A stretch of DNA of 64,000 nucleotides from Candidatus Aenigmatarchaeota archaeon (GTDB lineage: Archaea > Aenigmatarchaeota > Aenigmatarchaeia > Aenigmatarchaeales > JACQIB01). Position 1 is the first letter of the stretch, and every line of letters starts with the position of its first letter. The position numbers and the translations under genes were made by a program. Of this stretch, positions 19,174 through 28,316 are shown in pieces. The DNA is taken from positions 170,913 through 234,912 of the forward strand of contig JACQIB010000004.1 of assembly GCA_016198755.1 (NCBI GenBank), in the 5' to 3' direction. The notes beneath the pieces are model-generated. The model did no database searches. It saw nothing but the letters and a program-made list of their open reading frames with translations, and was not told where the DNA came from.

Positions 19174-21163
19174 GCTCTCCCCTCAGCCATTTCTTCCATC
19201 TCTGGAAGAGATTTTTCTTCCCTGATTCCAGAAGGGTATAATACATGCTGTTTGCACGCGCCAAAAAGTCGGCGCCCATGGCTTTAGGATTTTTCTTTGA
19301 AACTTTCAAAAGCTCAGCCTTCATTTTTCCCCTTAATTTAATATTTTTCAAAACATCTCTTATTCCTATTCCTTTGCTTTCTGCAATCTTTTTCAAAGTC
19401 TCAGACTTCTCAAGGCCGGAAACCCTCCATTTTCCTGTCTTCCTGTTATATTCCAGCAGTGTTTTGAAAACAGGCTCTCCCTTCCAATTCTTCCCAACCT
19501 CCTCTATGCTAAGTAGTTTCCTGTACCTTTTTAGGCTCTCCCCTTTCCTTATGCTTCCTGCAACAACCACAAAATCCACAGCCTTAAAGCTCGTGGAAGG
19601 AACCCCTAAATCATTTACAACCCTGTCCCATGTATCATATGCTGAAGAACCATGAATAGTTCCCATTACAGCATTTCCAGCTGCACCTATTCTCATTGCT
19701 TCAAACAATGCATGTGCTTCCTTCCCTCTTACCTCACCCATAACCAGCGTGCTTTCTCCCAGCCTTAAGCTCGTTCTGAGAGCATCTTCAGCGGAAATTT
19801 CAAACCCTTTTGCAAAAGCCTCCGTTTTCAAATGTTCAATCTTGTATCCTATGGTTTGCAAAGCACGCACAGGTATTTCAGCAGTATCCTCTATTGTTAC
19901 AATTCTTGTAGATTGTGGTATCTCTGCCATTAGAGAAGTTAGTATAGAGGTTTTACCTGAACCCCTCGAACCAGTAACCAGTATAGAGCTTTGTCCATCA
20001 ACTAAAAAGCTCAAAAAACCTGCAGCTGCACTATCTAACATTCCTGCATTCATGAACTCAACCAAAGTCCATGGGCTTGTTTTTCTCCTTCTGAAAGCAA
20101 ATCCTGTTCCTGAATAGGTAGAAGGCTGTGTTATACCACAAACCCTGATTCCCAGCTCCTCCAGCTCTGTATGTAAAACAGGGGTTGAAGCATCCAGCGG
20201 TCTGCCTGAAAGTTCCCTTAGTTTTGAGGAAATTTTCTCAGCACCCTCTTCAGTTAAAATAATGTTTGTTATGCATTCCCCGTGCTTTTCATGTACAATA
20301 TGCACTAATTTAGAACTTGAATCTATATACAAATCCTGTATTGCCTCATCCCTTAGCAAAGTATCCAGTGCTCCAAACCCTAAAGTATGGCGCAAAAGCA
20401 TACCTTTCATAACTTCCCTGTCTTCAGGCTCAGCTGCCATTGAAAGCTCTTCTACCCTTCTCCCAACTTCCTCTTTCAAAAGATCTGCTGAAAAGCTCCA
20501 GTCTGCCATTACAAGTTTTTTATAGGCTTCAGCAGCCTGCTTTGCAGCTTTTGCGGTCAAATCCAATTCAGGAAAATGAATAAAATAAAGTAAATCAGGC
20601 CTGTTTTCAATTTTGTGTATGCTAACCCTGATTTTGCTCACAGAATAGGAATCTATCTCTTCCCCTACTTTTTCTTTGTCCAAAAATGCTGAAACAAAAG
20701 AAGGATATCCCCATGCACTGAAAACTTTGTAAGCATCAGAAACTTTCCCAGCTCTTACAGCCTGCCTTATTAAAACCCAGCTTTTCAGTCTATCCTTTAT
20801 TTTATCCAATTCAGGATTGCACTGTTTACATGTTCTGTTATGAGCAAGCAGGAAGAAACGCACAGGATCTTCCCACCTGTTTCCTAAAGTTTGTTCACAT
20901 CTTGGACAGAGCACAAACTTTCCCAGTTCTTCCAAATACTTTTTATGCTTTTCCATTGAATAGAACTTGTAAAATCTCTTTTTCAGGGCAATCTGGTCTG
21001 CGCCCTTTTGCGCAAGCTGAAAAACCCATTTCCTGCATTGAGGGAGTTTTAGGCTTGATTTGAAAATACAGTCTTTACAGTCTATTTGTAAGACCTTCCC
21101 CTTTGGCAAAACCTGTAAAACCGAAGGGCATACCTCTTCCTGCCCATCCTTTGTGCGCAACAT
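19166..21163 (-). CDS. FlaI/VirB11/GspE-family secretion ATPase (archaeal type IV pilus assembly ATPase)
   Basis: Walker A GSRGSGKTS; Asp box TIEDTAEI; His box; N-terminal Cys-rich extension. Confidence 0.85.
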   Translation of the reverse strand: MLRTKDGQEEVCPSVLQVLPKGKVLQIDCKDCIFKSSLKLPQCRKWVFQLAQKGADQIALKKRFYKFYSMEKHKKYLEELGKFVLCPRCEQTLGNRWEDPVRFFLLAHNRTCKQCNPELDKIKDRLKSWVLIRQAVRAGKVSDAYKVFSAWGYPSFVSAFLDKEKVGEEIDSYSVSKIRVSIHKIENRPDLLYFIHFPELDLTAKAAKQAAEAYKKLVMADWSFSADLLKEEVGRRVEELSMAAEPEDREVMKGMLLRHTLGFGALDTLLRDEAIQDLYIDSSSKLVHIVHEKHGECITNIILTEEGAEKISSKLRELSGRPLDASTPVLHTELEELGIRVCGITQPSTYSGTGFAFRRRKTSPWTLVEFMNAGMLDSAAAGFLSFLVDGQSSILVTGSRGSGKTSILTSLMAEIPQSTRIVTIEDTAEIPVRALQTIGYKIEHLKTEAFAKGFEISAEDALRTSLRLGESTLVMGEVRGKEAHALFEAMRIGAAGNAVMGTIHGSSAYDTWDRVVNDLGVPSTSFKAVDFVVVAGSIRKGESLKRYRKLLSIEEVGKNWKGEPVFKTLLEYNRKTGKWRVSGLEKSETLKKIAESKGIGIRDVLKNIKLRGKMKAELLKVSKKNPKAMGADFLARANSMYYTLLESGKKNLFQRWKKWLRGELG

Positions 21164-21231
21164 GAAAAGTATTGGAACGAAAGCTTTTTAAACCCTGCTC
21201 AGGGGGATGTTTTCCACCACAATCTAGACCT

Positions 21232-21241
21232 CTTTATAAGC
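21232..21241 (+). promoter_or_regulatory. TATA-box-like element (ctttataagc) about 30 nt upstream of the pilin gene
   Basis: Archaeal TATA-like hexamer at the expected spacing from ATG 21270. Confidence 0.3.
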
Positions 21242-21269
21242 TTAAATTCATAGCCTGCAAATTTTCCAT

Positions 21270-21743
21270 GTGTTGCGCATGAAGGGGTTTTCAATAACAC
21301 CTGTTTTAGCTGTTGTACTGATACTTATAGCTGGCTTGACCCTGCTTACAATCTATACCATTGACAAAGAACAGGCTGCAGGAATACAGGCTGAGATAGA
21401 GGTAAACAGGCTTGGATATGAACTGGACCAGAACCGGACTTCAGAGCAGAATTTACTATTCCAGTTTGCTGCACAGGAGGCTGCTGATTCTAGTACAGAT
21501 ATAGCCACTTTCAAAACAGCTGTTGAGGGAGATTTGGACTTAAAGACAGGAACGCTGCTCTTGGATGGTTGCAGCAGCAAGTGGATAAATGTTTCCATTA
21601 ACTCAGCTTTTAACTATACTATAGGCAGAGCTGGAATAAACGCACCCTATTTTGCAAATGCCAGCATTAACTGCGATGCTGTTAAGCTATACGGTTCCAC
21701 AGCAAACATAAACTGCGGCGGTGAAACTTTCAGCTGCCCTTAA
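21270..21743 (+). CDS. Type IV pilin-like protein (class III signal peptide)
   Basis: MLRMKG|FSITPVLAVVLILIAGLTLL has a basic N-terminus, a KG cleavage-site-like motif, then a hydrophobic helix. Sits beside FlaI. Confidence 0.5.
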   Translation: MLRMKGFSITPVLAVVLILIAGLTLLTIYTIDKEQAAGIQAEIEVNRLGYELDQNRTSEQNLLFQFAAQEAADSSTDIATFKTAVEGDLDLKTGTLLLDGCSSKWINVSINSAFNYTIGRAGINAPYFANASINCDAVKLYGSTANINCGGETFSCP

Positions 21744-21749
21744 CAGAAT

Positions 21750-22832
21750 CTACCTGCGTTTCCAAGCCCTAGAGCCTTTAAGTCCGTGCGGAAATCCTGG
21801 GCGCGGGAAAGCTCTCCAAACACCCATTACACCATCCACTTTCCTTATCTCATTTCTGTGGAACCTGCTTACTTCCCTAGCTATTGCAGGTACATCACCA
21901 TTATACCAAGCATCCACAGCAGGTTGGAGCAAATATTTTGCTCTTCCAATTGAGCTTCTGCGTTGATGTGTAACGTTTGATAAAGAAACCCTGATAATTG
22001 GATTTTGTGATGCCATGATATTCGATCTTACTATCCAGCGATATGGTTTCACATTATCAACACGAATATGGTCAACATAACGCTGCATCATTCTGAGAGA
22101 AAAATGATCGAATATGTTGTATAGACTTCCCATTAAGTCCAGAAAAGTTCCGTTAGTGGAATATTCAACATTCTTTATATTGAGTCCTGTATTTAATCTC
22201 AAAAAATCTAATTCATCTTTTGCATCCATAGAAACGCTGGGGTGATAAATTGTTCTTTTTACGTCTTCACTGACAACTCCAACTTGTAACCTGTCGCTTG
22301 CATGTAAATCCCTGTTGCCAACCAACCCCAAGCTCCAAGCATAGGCAACAGCTTTTGTAAGATTGTCTATACTAAACTCTTTATCAGCAAAATCCTCTTC
22401 CATTGCTGGTAAAACATGGGTTTTTGCAGAACCTCCGCATGTATATTCTAACGGCCCACTAAAATCAACACCAGATGATTTACGTAATTCTATCTTGTAA
22501 ATCTCCGGATCACCGTTATGGAAATTGTTGCCTACAATTATTAGCGTACAGTGGAGATCTCTTTTTTTAGAGGCTTCTCCCCGCGCTATAGCCACAGCAG
22601 AAAAGTACGGTGACATCCCCTTACTGAAATATACCGGATTATTCAATAATTCTTGTATATAATCTACACTTCCAGAACTCACAACCAACGAACCGCCACA
22701 GTGATATAGTTTTTGTCTACCATTATACTTATGGTCAGAACCATTGGCCAAGTCATCTGCTACTACAACGGCATGTTTTGCCCTTGCATTTGTAGTTGGT
22801 ACAGTAAATGTAAATGCAGCTATATTAGTCAT
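21750..22832 (-). CDS. Proteasome-beta/HslV-like Ntn-hydrolase homolog (Thr2 directly after Met) with a roughly 170-aa C-terminal domain of unknown function
   Basis: MT-NIAAFTF; VVVADD..GS (Asp17-like); GRQKLYHCGG (Lys33-like); LIIVGNNFHNGDPEIYKI and CGGSAKT (GSG-loop-like). Paralog of 43736-44758. Confidence 0.5.
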   Translation of the reverse strand: MTNIAAFTFTVPTTNARAKHAVVVADDLANGSDHKYNGRQKLYHCGGSLVVSSGSVDYIQELLNNPVYFSKGMSPYFSAVAIARGEASKKRDLHCTLIIVGNNFHNGDPEIYKIELRKSSGVDFSGPLEYTCGGSAKTHVLPAMEEDFADKEFSIDNLTKAVAYAWSLGLVGNRDLHASDRLQVGVVSEDVKRTIYHPSVSMDAKDELDFLRLNTGLNIKNVEYSTNGTFLDLMGSLYNIFDHFSLRMMQRYVDHIRVDNVKPYRWIVRSNIMASQNPIIRVSLSNVTHQRRSSIGRAKYLLQPAVDAWYNGDVPAIAREVSRFHRNEIRKVDGVMGVWRAFPRPGFPHGLKGSRAWKRR

Positions 22833-22978
22833 ACAAAAAGCTAAGAATGAAACTTATTTAAACCCAACTTGCTCCCCTGTTAAAGAAAGTTTCAGCTGCT
22901 AAGTCTGCACTCATTTATATATGTTTCTAAAACGGAAACGATATGTTTACAAATAGGAAACACAATGTTTCTATTTTG

Positions 22979-23260
22979 TTACCCATGTCCCAGTTTCCAA
23001 GTCCTCTGCTGCACATCCACGTCCACAGAAATACCAATTTTCTTTAATTTTGATTCAATCTCCTTTACCATTGTCCCTATAGAACCGCAGGCTCCGCAAG
23101 CCATATCCGGCGGAATAAGTTTCATGTGCAGCATTTTCCCATCCAGCTTTAAGTCCTGCAACATTCCCATCTGCAACAGCCCCCCGCCTGTATCAGGATC
23201 TTCCACGCTGTCCAAAACAGCCAGTATACTTTCGGGTATCTCTTTAACAGCCTGTTCCAT
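22979..23260 (-). CDS. DUF59/MIP18-like small protein (Fe-S cluster assembly-associated)
   Basis: 93 aa with conserved Cys in LIPPDMACGACG; DPDTG motif. Confidence 0.5.
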   Translation of the reverse strand: MEQAVKEIPESILAVLDSVEDPDTGGGLLQMGMLQDLKLDGKMLHMKLIPPDMACGACGSIGTMVKEIESKLKKIGISVDVDVQQRTWKLGHG

Positions 23261-23285
23261 GTAAAACTATTTAACAGCGTCCTAT

Positions 23286-24041
23286 TTAAGCTTTTTGAGA
23301 AGCGTATTTTCCAGCTAAGCTGTTCAGTCTTATCTTAAGTATATCCAGAAACATTTTTGGCACATCCCTTATTACTGAAAGCTTGCTCTCTCCCTTATCA
23401 ACCCAGCGCACAGGAACCTCCTTTATTTTCATTTCCTTCTTTTTGGCTATAAACAATAACTCTGTATCAAAAGCAAACCCAAAAATACTCTGCTTTCTCA
23501 CTATATCTTTGGCAAGCTCTGTTTTAAACAGTTTAAACCCACACTGGGTATCTCTTATTCCAGGCAAAAGTAACAGCCTTACAATCAGTGGAAAGCTCTT
23601 CCCTGCAAACTGCCTGTGCAAAGGCTGTTTCACAACAATATCCGACTCCGGAAGGTTTCTTGAGGCTATAACAACATCATATTCCTTTGTATACTGCAAA
23701 AATTTTCCCAGCTCTTCTATTGAGGTTGCCAAATCAGCATCCATGAACAGAACAAACTGATATTTTGCCTCTAAAATACCTGTGTGTACAGCAAACCCCT
23801 TTCCCATGCGCTTTTCATTGTTAATTATTCTTACCCCCTTCCCAAATTCCTTGACAATTTCAGGTGTATGGTCCCCTGAATAATCGTTTACAACAATAAC
23901 CTCAAACTTTTCAAAATTCTTTTTACAAAAGGCTAGAACAGACTCTAAACAAGCCCTAATCCTTGTCTCTTCCCTGTAAGTCGGGATAACTATAGACATG
24001 TCCATAGAACTATAGGCTGGGAAAATAGCTATATAAACCAT
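23286..24041 (-). CDS. GT2 glycosyltransferase (dolichyl-phosphate mannose/glucose synthase-like)
   Basis: IVIPTYREE...VIVVNDYSGDHT...MDADL motifs of GT-A fold GT2 enzymes. Confidence 0.85.
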   Translation of the reverse strand: MVYIAIFPAYSSMDMSIVIPTYREETRIRACLESVLAFCKKNFEKFEVIVVNDYSGDHTPEIVKEFGKGVRIINNEKRMGKGFAVHTGILEAKYQFVLFMDADLATSIEELGKFLQYTKEYDVVIASRNLPESDIVVKQPLHRQFAGKSFPLIVRLLLLPGIRDTQCGFKLFKTELAKDIVRKQSIFGFAFDTELLFIAKKKEMKIKEVPVRWVDKGESKLSVIRDVPKMFLDILKIRLNSLAGKYASQKA

Positions 24042-24263
24042 TCAGAATTTCTGCGCTGCAGCCTGTATCCTCAGAAACTCTTCCACCGCGCTTTCTATAT
24101 CCTTGTCAGAGGCATTGCTTAATCCTCTATTCCTGAGAAACTCCATAAACATTGATAACAATAGCTTGTTATCATCCAGAGCTTTTCCAATCCTTTCCCT
24201 CTCCTCAGGCTCTGAAACCCCCAGTTCCAACAAAATTTGGTCTCCCCAGCTCATTTTAACCAC
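24042..24263 (-). CDS. Small hypothetical protein (73 aa)
   Basis: ORF directly downstream of the GT2 gene with no gap, which suggests an operon. Confidence 0.3.
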   Translation of the reverse strand: MVKMSWGDQILLELGVSEPEERERIGKALDDNKLLLSMFMEFLRNRGLSNASDKDIESAVEEFLRIQAAAQKF

Positions 24264-24305
24264 TAAGTATTAGAAGCTTTAATATATAGGCTTTCAAATA
24301 TTGTT

Positions 24306-24863
24306 ATGGTTGATCCAATTCTTTGGCTGAAAGTCCTGATAAAACCGAGGGAAACGTTTAGAAAAGCGAAAAATAAGGGGACTGTTGAAGGCATATTATT
24401 CAATATTGTTCCTGCGGTAATATCAGGAATTATTTTAGACCTATTGTCAAGGTTTGTTCTTGATCCCACTCGCGTAGGAACATCAGAAATTTACATAGCA
24501 AATTATTTGTTATCAGGCATTGCCACCACCATTATTTTATGGACACTTATTTCCTACATTACTTATTGGACATCAAAAATTTTCCATGGAAAAGGTACCA
24601 TTAAAATGCATCTCTGGTTAATCTCCCTGTTCACGGCTCCGATGTTCCTGTTATTAAATTTAGTCAGCTTCGTACCTTATATATATTACAGCAATGTTTC
24701 AAAGGCTATTATTGTTGTGTATTCACTGTATTTGTTGTTTTTGGCGCTTAAGGAAACACATGGTTATTCTAGTATAAAATCTATTGTAAATATTTTAATA
24801 CTGTGGATGTTTGCTATTGTTTTGGGTTTTATTATGACTATATTATATCCACCGTTGTATTAA
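24306..24863 (+). CDS. Membrane protein (Yip1-domain-like, 5 TM)
   Basis: Hydrophobicity pattern only. Confidence 0.45.
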   Translation: MVDPILWLKVLIKPRETFRKAKNKGTVEGILFNIVPAVISGIILDLLSRFVLDPTRVGTSEIYIANYLLSGIATTIILWTLISYITYWTSKIFHGKGTIKMHLWLISLFTAPMFLLLNLVSFVPYIYYSNVSKAIIVVYSLYLLFLALKETHGYSSIKSIVNILILWMFAIVLGFIMTILYPPLY

Positions 24864-24875
24864 CTAAATAAAAAT

Positions 24876-25005
24876 TGGTGGACTCGGTGGGATTTTCTCC
24901 AAACCCTTTTGGGGTTTGCAAAGACCTTTTCGGAAAAGGGATTTGCTTTGAACCCACAACCTCTTGCTTGCAAAGCAAGCGATCTTCCAGTTGATCTACG
25001 AGCCC
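24876..25005 (-). tRNA. tRNA-Ala(TGC) with a roughly 54-nt intron in the T-loop (non-canonical position about 59/60); CCA encoded
   Basis: The minus strand reads GGGCTCG TA GATC AACTGGAA GATC G CTTGC TTTGCAA GCAAG AGGTT GTGGG TTCAAA[G-intron-T] CCCAC CGAGTCC A CCA. The exons assemble into a perfect 76-nt cloverleaf. Confidence 0.8.
24904..24953. repeat. 50-nt sequence identical to 52268-52317 (core of the T-loop intron shared by tRNA-Ala and tRNA-Leu)
   Basis: Exact match: cccttttggggtttgcaaagaccttttcggaaaagggatttgctttgaac. Confidence 0.9.
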
Positions 25006-25090
25006 ATAAAGTTTGGGTAAATAGTGCTTAAATAGGTTTCATCTATACTTTTACATATAATATACAAAAATATATCGTATTTGAGAGACC

Positions 25091-25098
25091 TTTAAATA
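25091..25098 (+). promoter_or_regulatory. TATA-box-like element (tttaaata) about 34 nt upstream of ATG 25132
   Basis: Archaeal TATA consensus-like sequence at the expected spacing. Confidence 0.3.
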
Positions 25099-25131
25099 GG
25101 TTGCTGTTCCACATTTTATACAGGCTATTTG

Positions 25132-27945
25132 ATGAACAAATACATTAAAATTTTGTCTGCGGTTGTCGTTTTATTGCCATTGCTGTCTGTTGGAGCTTAT
25201 GCTATGGGCCAAACAGAAGTTACTAGTACAACAATTGATCCAACGAGATTCACTGGTATGTCAATTGCTCCGGCATTTGGATCTGATGGAATAACATATT
25301 TATCAGACACAACAGACATCTCAGCAGGCGTTTATGTTGGTGTAAATGGTGCTGACACAGAAAGCTGTAAATATAGTATAGATGGAGGGAATTCTTGGAA
25401 CGCTGCAAACTGGAATAGCGATACAGGAGAATGTTATGAAAACAATATTGACACAACCAATGCCCAGGAAGCTATACAAATGAGAATAAATGATAGTTCC
25501 GGAAATCCAGTTTCAATATCCACAGTTGGAGCAATAGTTGTGGATACTACAAAACCAACAACCACAGCCACTGCAGATGGATATGTTTTTGGTACATATG
25601 CAAATCAGGATGTTGGAGTTACACTCTCCTGTAATGATGGAGACGGAAGTGGATGTGATTTAGTAGGGTATAAAATAAGGTATTGCACAGATACTTCAGA
25701 TTTATGCTTTCCAGATTCACAATATGAAAATCCAGTTGTCATAAGCGATGAAGGTATTACGTACATAAGATTCTTTGGCAGAGATTATGTTAGTAATACA
25801 GAAGATGTGAAGAGCGAGAAAATAATAATAGACAAAACCATACCACAGGTATCAAGTGCAGAATCTTCAATGTCAACAATTACTGCAGATAATATTGGGA
25901 ATACTCTTACAATAACATTAACATACAATGAAGAGATGGATCAGGGCAGTTCGCCTGTTATAGAAGTGGCAAAAACAGGTGTTGAAGGACCATATTCTCT
26001 TGGACTTGAAAACCAGAGAGGCGGATGGACAGATTCTACACACTACGAGGCAGTTTATGACATTTCCTCTGTTGATGGGGAAGGAAATTATGATGTTAAT
26101 ATAGACTCGGCAAAAGACCTTGCAGGCAATACACAGGAATCAAGCTCAAATTCAAAATTATTCATGATAGATGCTGCTGCACCATCAACAACAGATGATA
26201 TGCCTATAGATTCTGGATGGACATCAGGTTCTGTAACTGTAATTTTAACAGCTACTGATGATGGTAGCGGTGTGTCTTCTATAAGATACTCAATTGATAA
26301 CGGGGAGTGGCAAATTGCAGATTTCTTAACTGGCAGAGACAGAGTTGAACAATCTATAAGCATAGAAGGAGACGGGAATCATTCTCTAACATACTATTCT
26401 GTTGATGTTTCAGGAAATCCTGAAGATCCGAAAACAATATATATTGGAATTGACTCTGCGACACCATCAACATCTGTAACAGGAAATGGGGGGGAATATA
26501 ATTTTGAGGATTGGAGCAATATACCTGTAACTGTTATGTTATCCTGTACAGACGAACCAAATGAGAACGGAAACTCAGGCTGCAACACAATATACTATAG
26601 GATGAATGAGGATGATGATGTTACAGAATATACTGGTCCTATATTATTTCCTGAAGATGGAACATACACACTATATTATTACAGTACAGACGGTGCTGGA
26701 AATTATGAGGATGAACAGGAGACTGATATATACGTAGATAGAACACCTCCTGTAATTTCTGTTTCAAGCCCAGCCAGCGGCACAACCTATACAGAGAATT
26801 CCGTTGAACTCAATTATGAAGTGTCAGATGATTTATCTGGTTTGAACCTAAGATCAGAAGTAAGTCCATGTTCATATTCATTGGATGATGGAGAAAATGT
26901 AAGTGCTACATGCGGCAAGTCAGTAACATTCTCTGAGCTTTCAAACGGTATGCATATGCTTACACTCTATGCAACAGATTATGTTGGAAATACAAACAAA
27001 AATCCTATATCATTCTATGTTATAGTTCCGCAGGGCAATCAGACAGTTCCATTCGATGAAAGCATGACTATAGATGGAGATATAAATCAAATAATATTCG
27101 CTGCCGGCAGCAATCTAAAAAATGTTATAGTGCCTTCAAACATAGCCGATGATAAAGAAATATTTATGGATTTCTCCTATATTATGAGCGATGGAAAGAT
27201 CACGCTCTCAAATGAATTTACTCTTGAGAGGAATTCAGATAACGATTATACTGTTACAATACCTTCAGGAACTGTTATAGATGGCGGGGCTTTATGGGAA
27301 GGAAATATGAATGTTCCAACTCTGAAGAGTATTTCAGACTATACAGCACCATCAGGATCCGTTGATATAGCAATAGATGTTGGAGCTGGGGTGTCTTTGA
27401 GTTTCTCAAAAGCAGTAAAGGTTGTAATAGGTGGAATGGCTGGCAAAAGAGCAGGATGGATTAGTGGAACAGGAGCATTGACAGACATAACAACTCTTTG
27501 TGACAGCGTGGATAATCCTACTAATATAGCAGCAGATGGAACAAGAGAATGCTATATAGATTCTGGTAGCGACCTTGTTATATGGACATATCACTTCACA
27601 ACATTTGCAGCTTACACTCCATCATCTACAACAACTTCAAATTCCAACAGCAATAGCGGAAGCGGTTCATATAATTACTTGGAATCTCCAACAACCACAA
27701 CACTTCCTCCAGTAGTTCCACCAACAGTACCCGAAACAACAACCACACAGGTATCTGAAACTCCAACAAACCCAAGCGAAACAACAACTACAACTTCTAC
27801 CACAACTACAATAAAACAGGGTCCATCTGGTCTTGCAACAGGATTGCCAACAAGTACTATAGTATCTGGCGCAGTGGTTTCTATTGCAGTATTACTTGGG
27901 TTGGTTTATTTTGGAAGAAATAGCATAAGAAAGAAATTCTTTTAA
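25132..27945 (+). CDS. Large cell-surface protein (about 937 aa) with a signal peptide, multiple Ig-like/beta-sandwich domains, a Thr/Ser/Pro-rich stalk and a C-terminal TM anchor
   Basis: Signal peptide ILSAVVVLLPLLSVGAYAMG; repeated D-x-S-G beta domains; TTTSNSNSNSGSG...TTTTSTTTT linker; C-terminal VVSIAVLLGLVYFGRNSIRKKFF. The tracked TTG at 25129 is probably not the true start. Confidence 0.7.
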   Translation: MNKYIKILSAVVVLLPLLSVGAYAMGQTEVTSTTIDPTRFTGMSIAPAFGSDGITYLSDTTDISAGVYVGVNGADTESCKYSIDGGNSWNAANWNSDTGECYENNIDTTNAQEAIQMRINDSSGNPVSISTVGAIVVDTTKPTTTATADGYVFGTYANQDVGVTLSCNDGDGSGCDLVGYKIRYCTDTSDLCFPDSQYENPVVISDEGITYIRFFGRDYVSNTEDVKSEKIIIDKTIPQVSSAESSMSTITADNIGNTLTITLTYNEEMDQGSSPVIEVAKTGVEGPYSLGLENQRGGWTDSTHYEAVYDISSVDGEGNYDVNIDSAKDLAGNTQESSSNSKLFMIDAAAPSTTDDMPIDSGWTSGSVTVILTATDDGSGVSSIRYSIDNGEWQIADFLTGRDRVEQSISIEGDGNHSLTYYSVDVSGNPEDPKTIYIGIDSATPSTSVTGNGGEYNFEDWSNIPVTVMLSCTDEPNENGNSGCNTIYYRMNEDDDVTEYTGPILFPEDGTYTLYYYSTDGAGNYEDEQETDIYVDRTPPVISVSSPASGTTYTENSVELNYEVSDDLSGLNLRSEVSPCSYSLDDGENVSATCGKSVTFSELSNGMHMLTLYATDYVGNTNKNPISFYVIVPQGNQTVPFDESMTIDGDINQIIFAAGSNLKNVIVPSNIADDKEIFMDFSYIMSDGKITLSNEFTLERNSDNDYTVTIPSGTVIDGGALWEGNMNVPTLKSISDYTAPSGSVDIAIDVGAGVSLSFSKAVKVVIGGMAGKRAGWISGTGALTDITTLCDSVDNPTNIAADGTRECYIDSGSDLVIWTYHFTTFAAYTPSSTTTSNSNSNSGSGSYNYLESPTTTTLPPVVPPTVPETTTTQVSETPTNPSETTTTTSTTTTIKQGPSGLATGLPTSTIVSGAVVSIAVLLGLVYFGRNSIRKKFF

Positions 27946-27947
27946 AT

Positions 27948-28271
27948 TTACTTCTGCCCGCGCGCCATAAGCTGTATTCTTATAGAATCTGGTCCAGTAA
28001 CAAACTCATTCACAACCTTATACCCTAGCGCCTCCATGCTTTTGTAGACCTCGTCCAAACTGGAAACCCTAAGAGCAATATGGTTCACAGACTGAGTTAT
28101 TGGAAGTTCTGTCTTGAACAGGGCTATTGTCTGGCTCCCAATAGAAAGGAAAACCTCCCCCTCATATCTGCCAGTTACTTTCAACCCCAGCCCTTTAGCA
28201 AAAAACTCTTCTGCTTTCTGTAAATCTGTTACATACAGGGCTATATGGTCTATCAATAAAGGCTCTGCCAT
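27948..28271 (-). CDS. VOC-family (glyoxalase I / bleomycin-resistance fold) protein
   Basis: IDHIALYVTDLQKAEEFF...VNHIALRVSSLDE are paired betaalphabetabetabeta modules. Confidence 0.7.
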   Translation of the reverse strand: MAEPLLIDHIALYVTDLQKAEEFFAKGLGLKVTGRYEGEVFLSIGSQTIALFKTELPITQSVNHIALRVSSLDEVYKSMEALGYKVVNEFVTGPDSIRIQLMARGQK

Positions 28272-28316
28272 AACCCTCCTATTATATAGGAGGAGGATTT
28301 AAACCTTGCTGGACTC

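Noticed and set aside
24904-24953. Considered whether the repeated 50-mer (also at 52268-52317) and the 61-mer (45127/48854) could be CRISPR repeats or a miniature transposable element.
   Set aside because: There are only two copies of each, tens of kilobases apart. There are no regularly spaced spacers, no terminal inverted repeats and no cas or transposase genes. The 50-mer is explained as a shared tRNA intron, and the 61-mer as a duplication of a gene 5' end.
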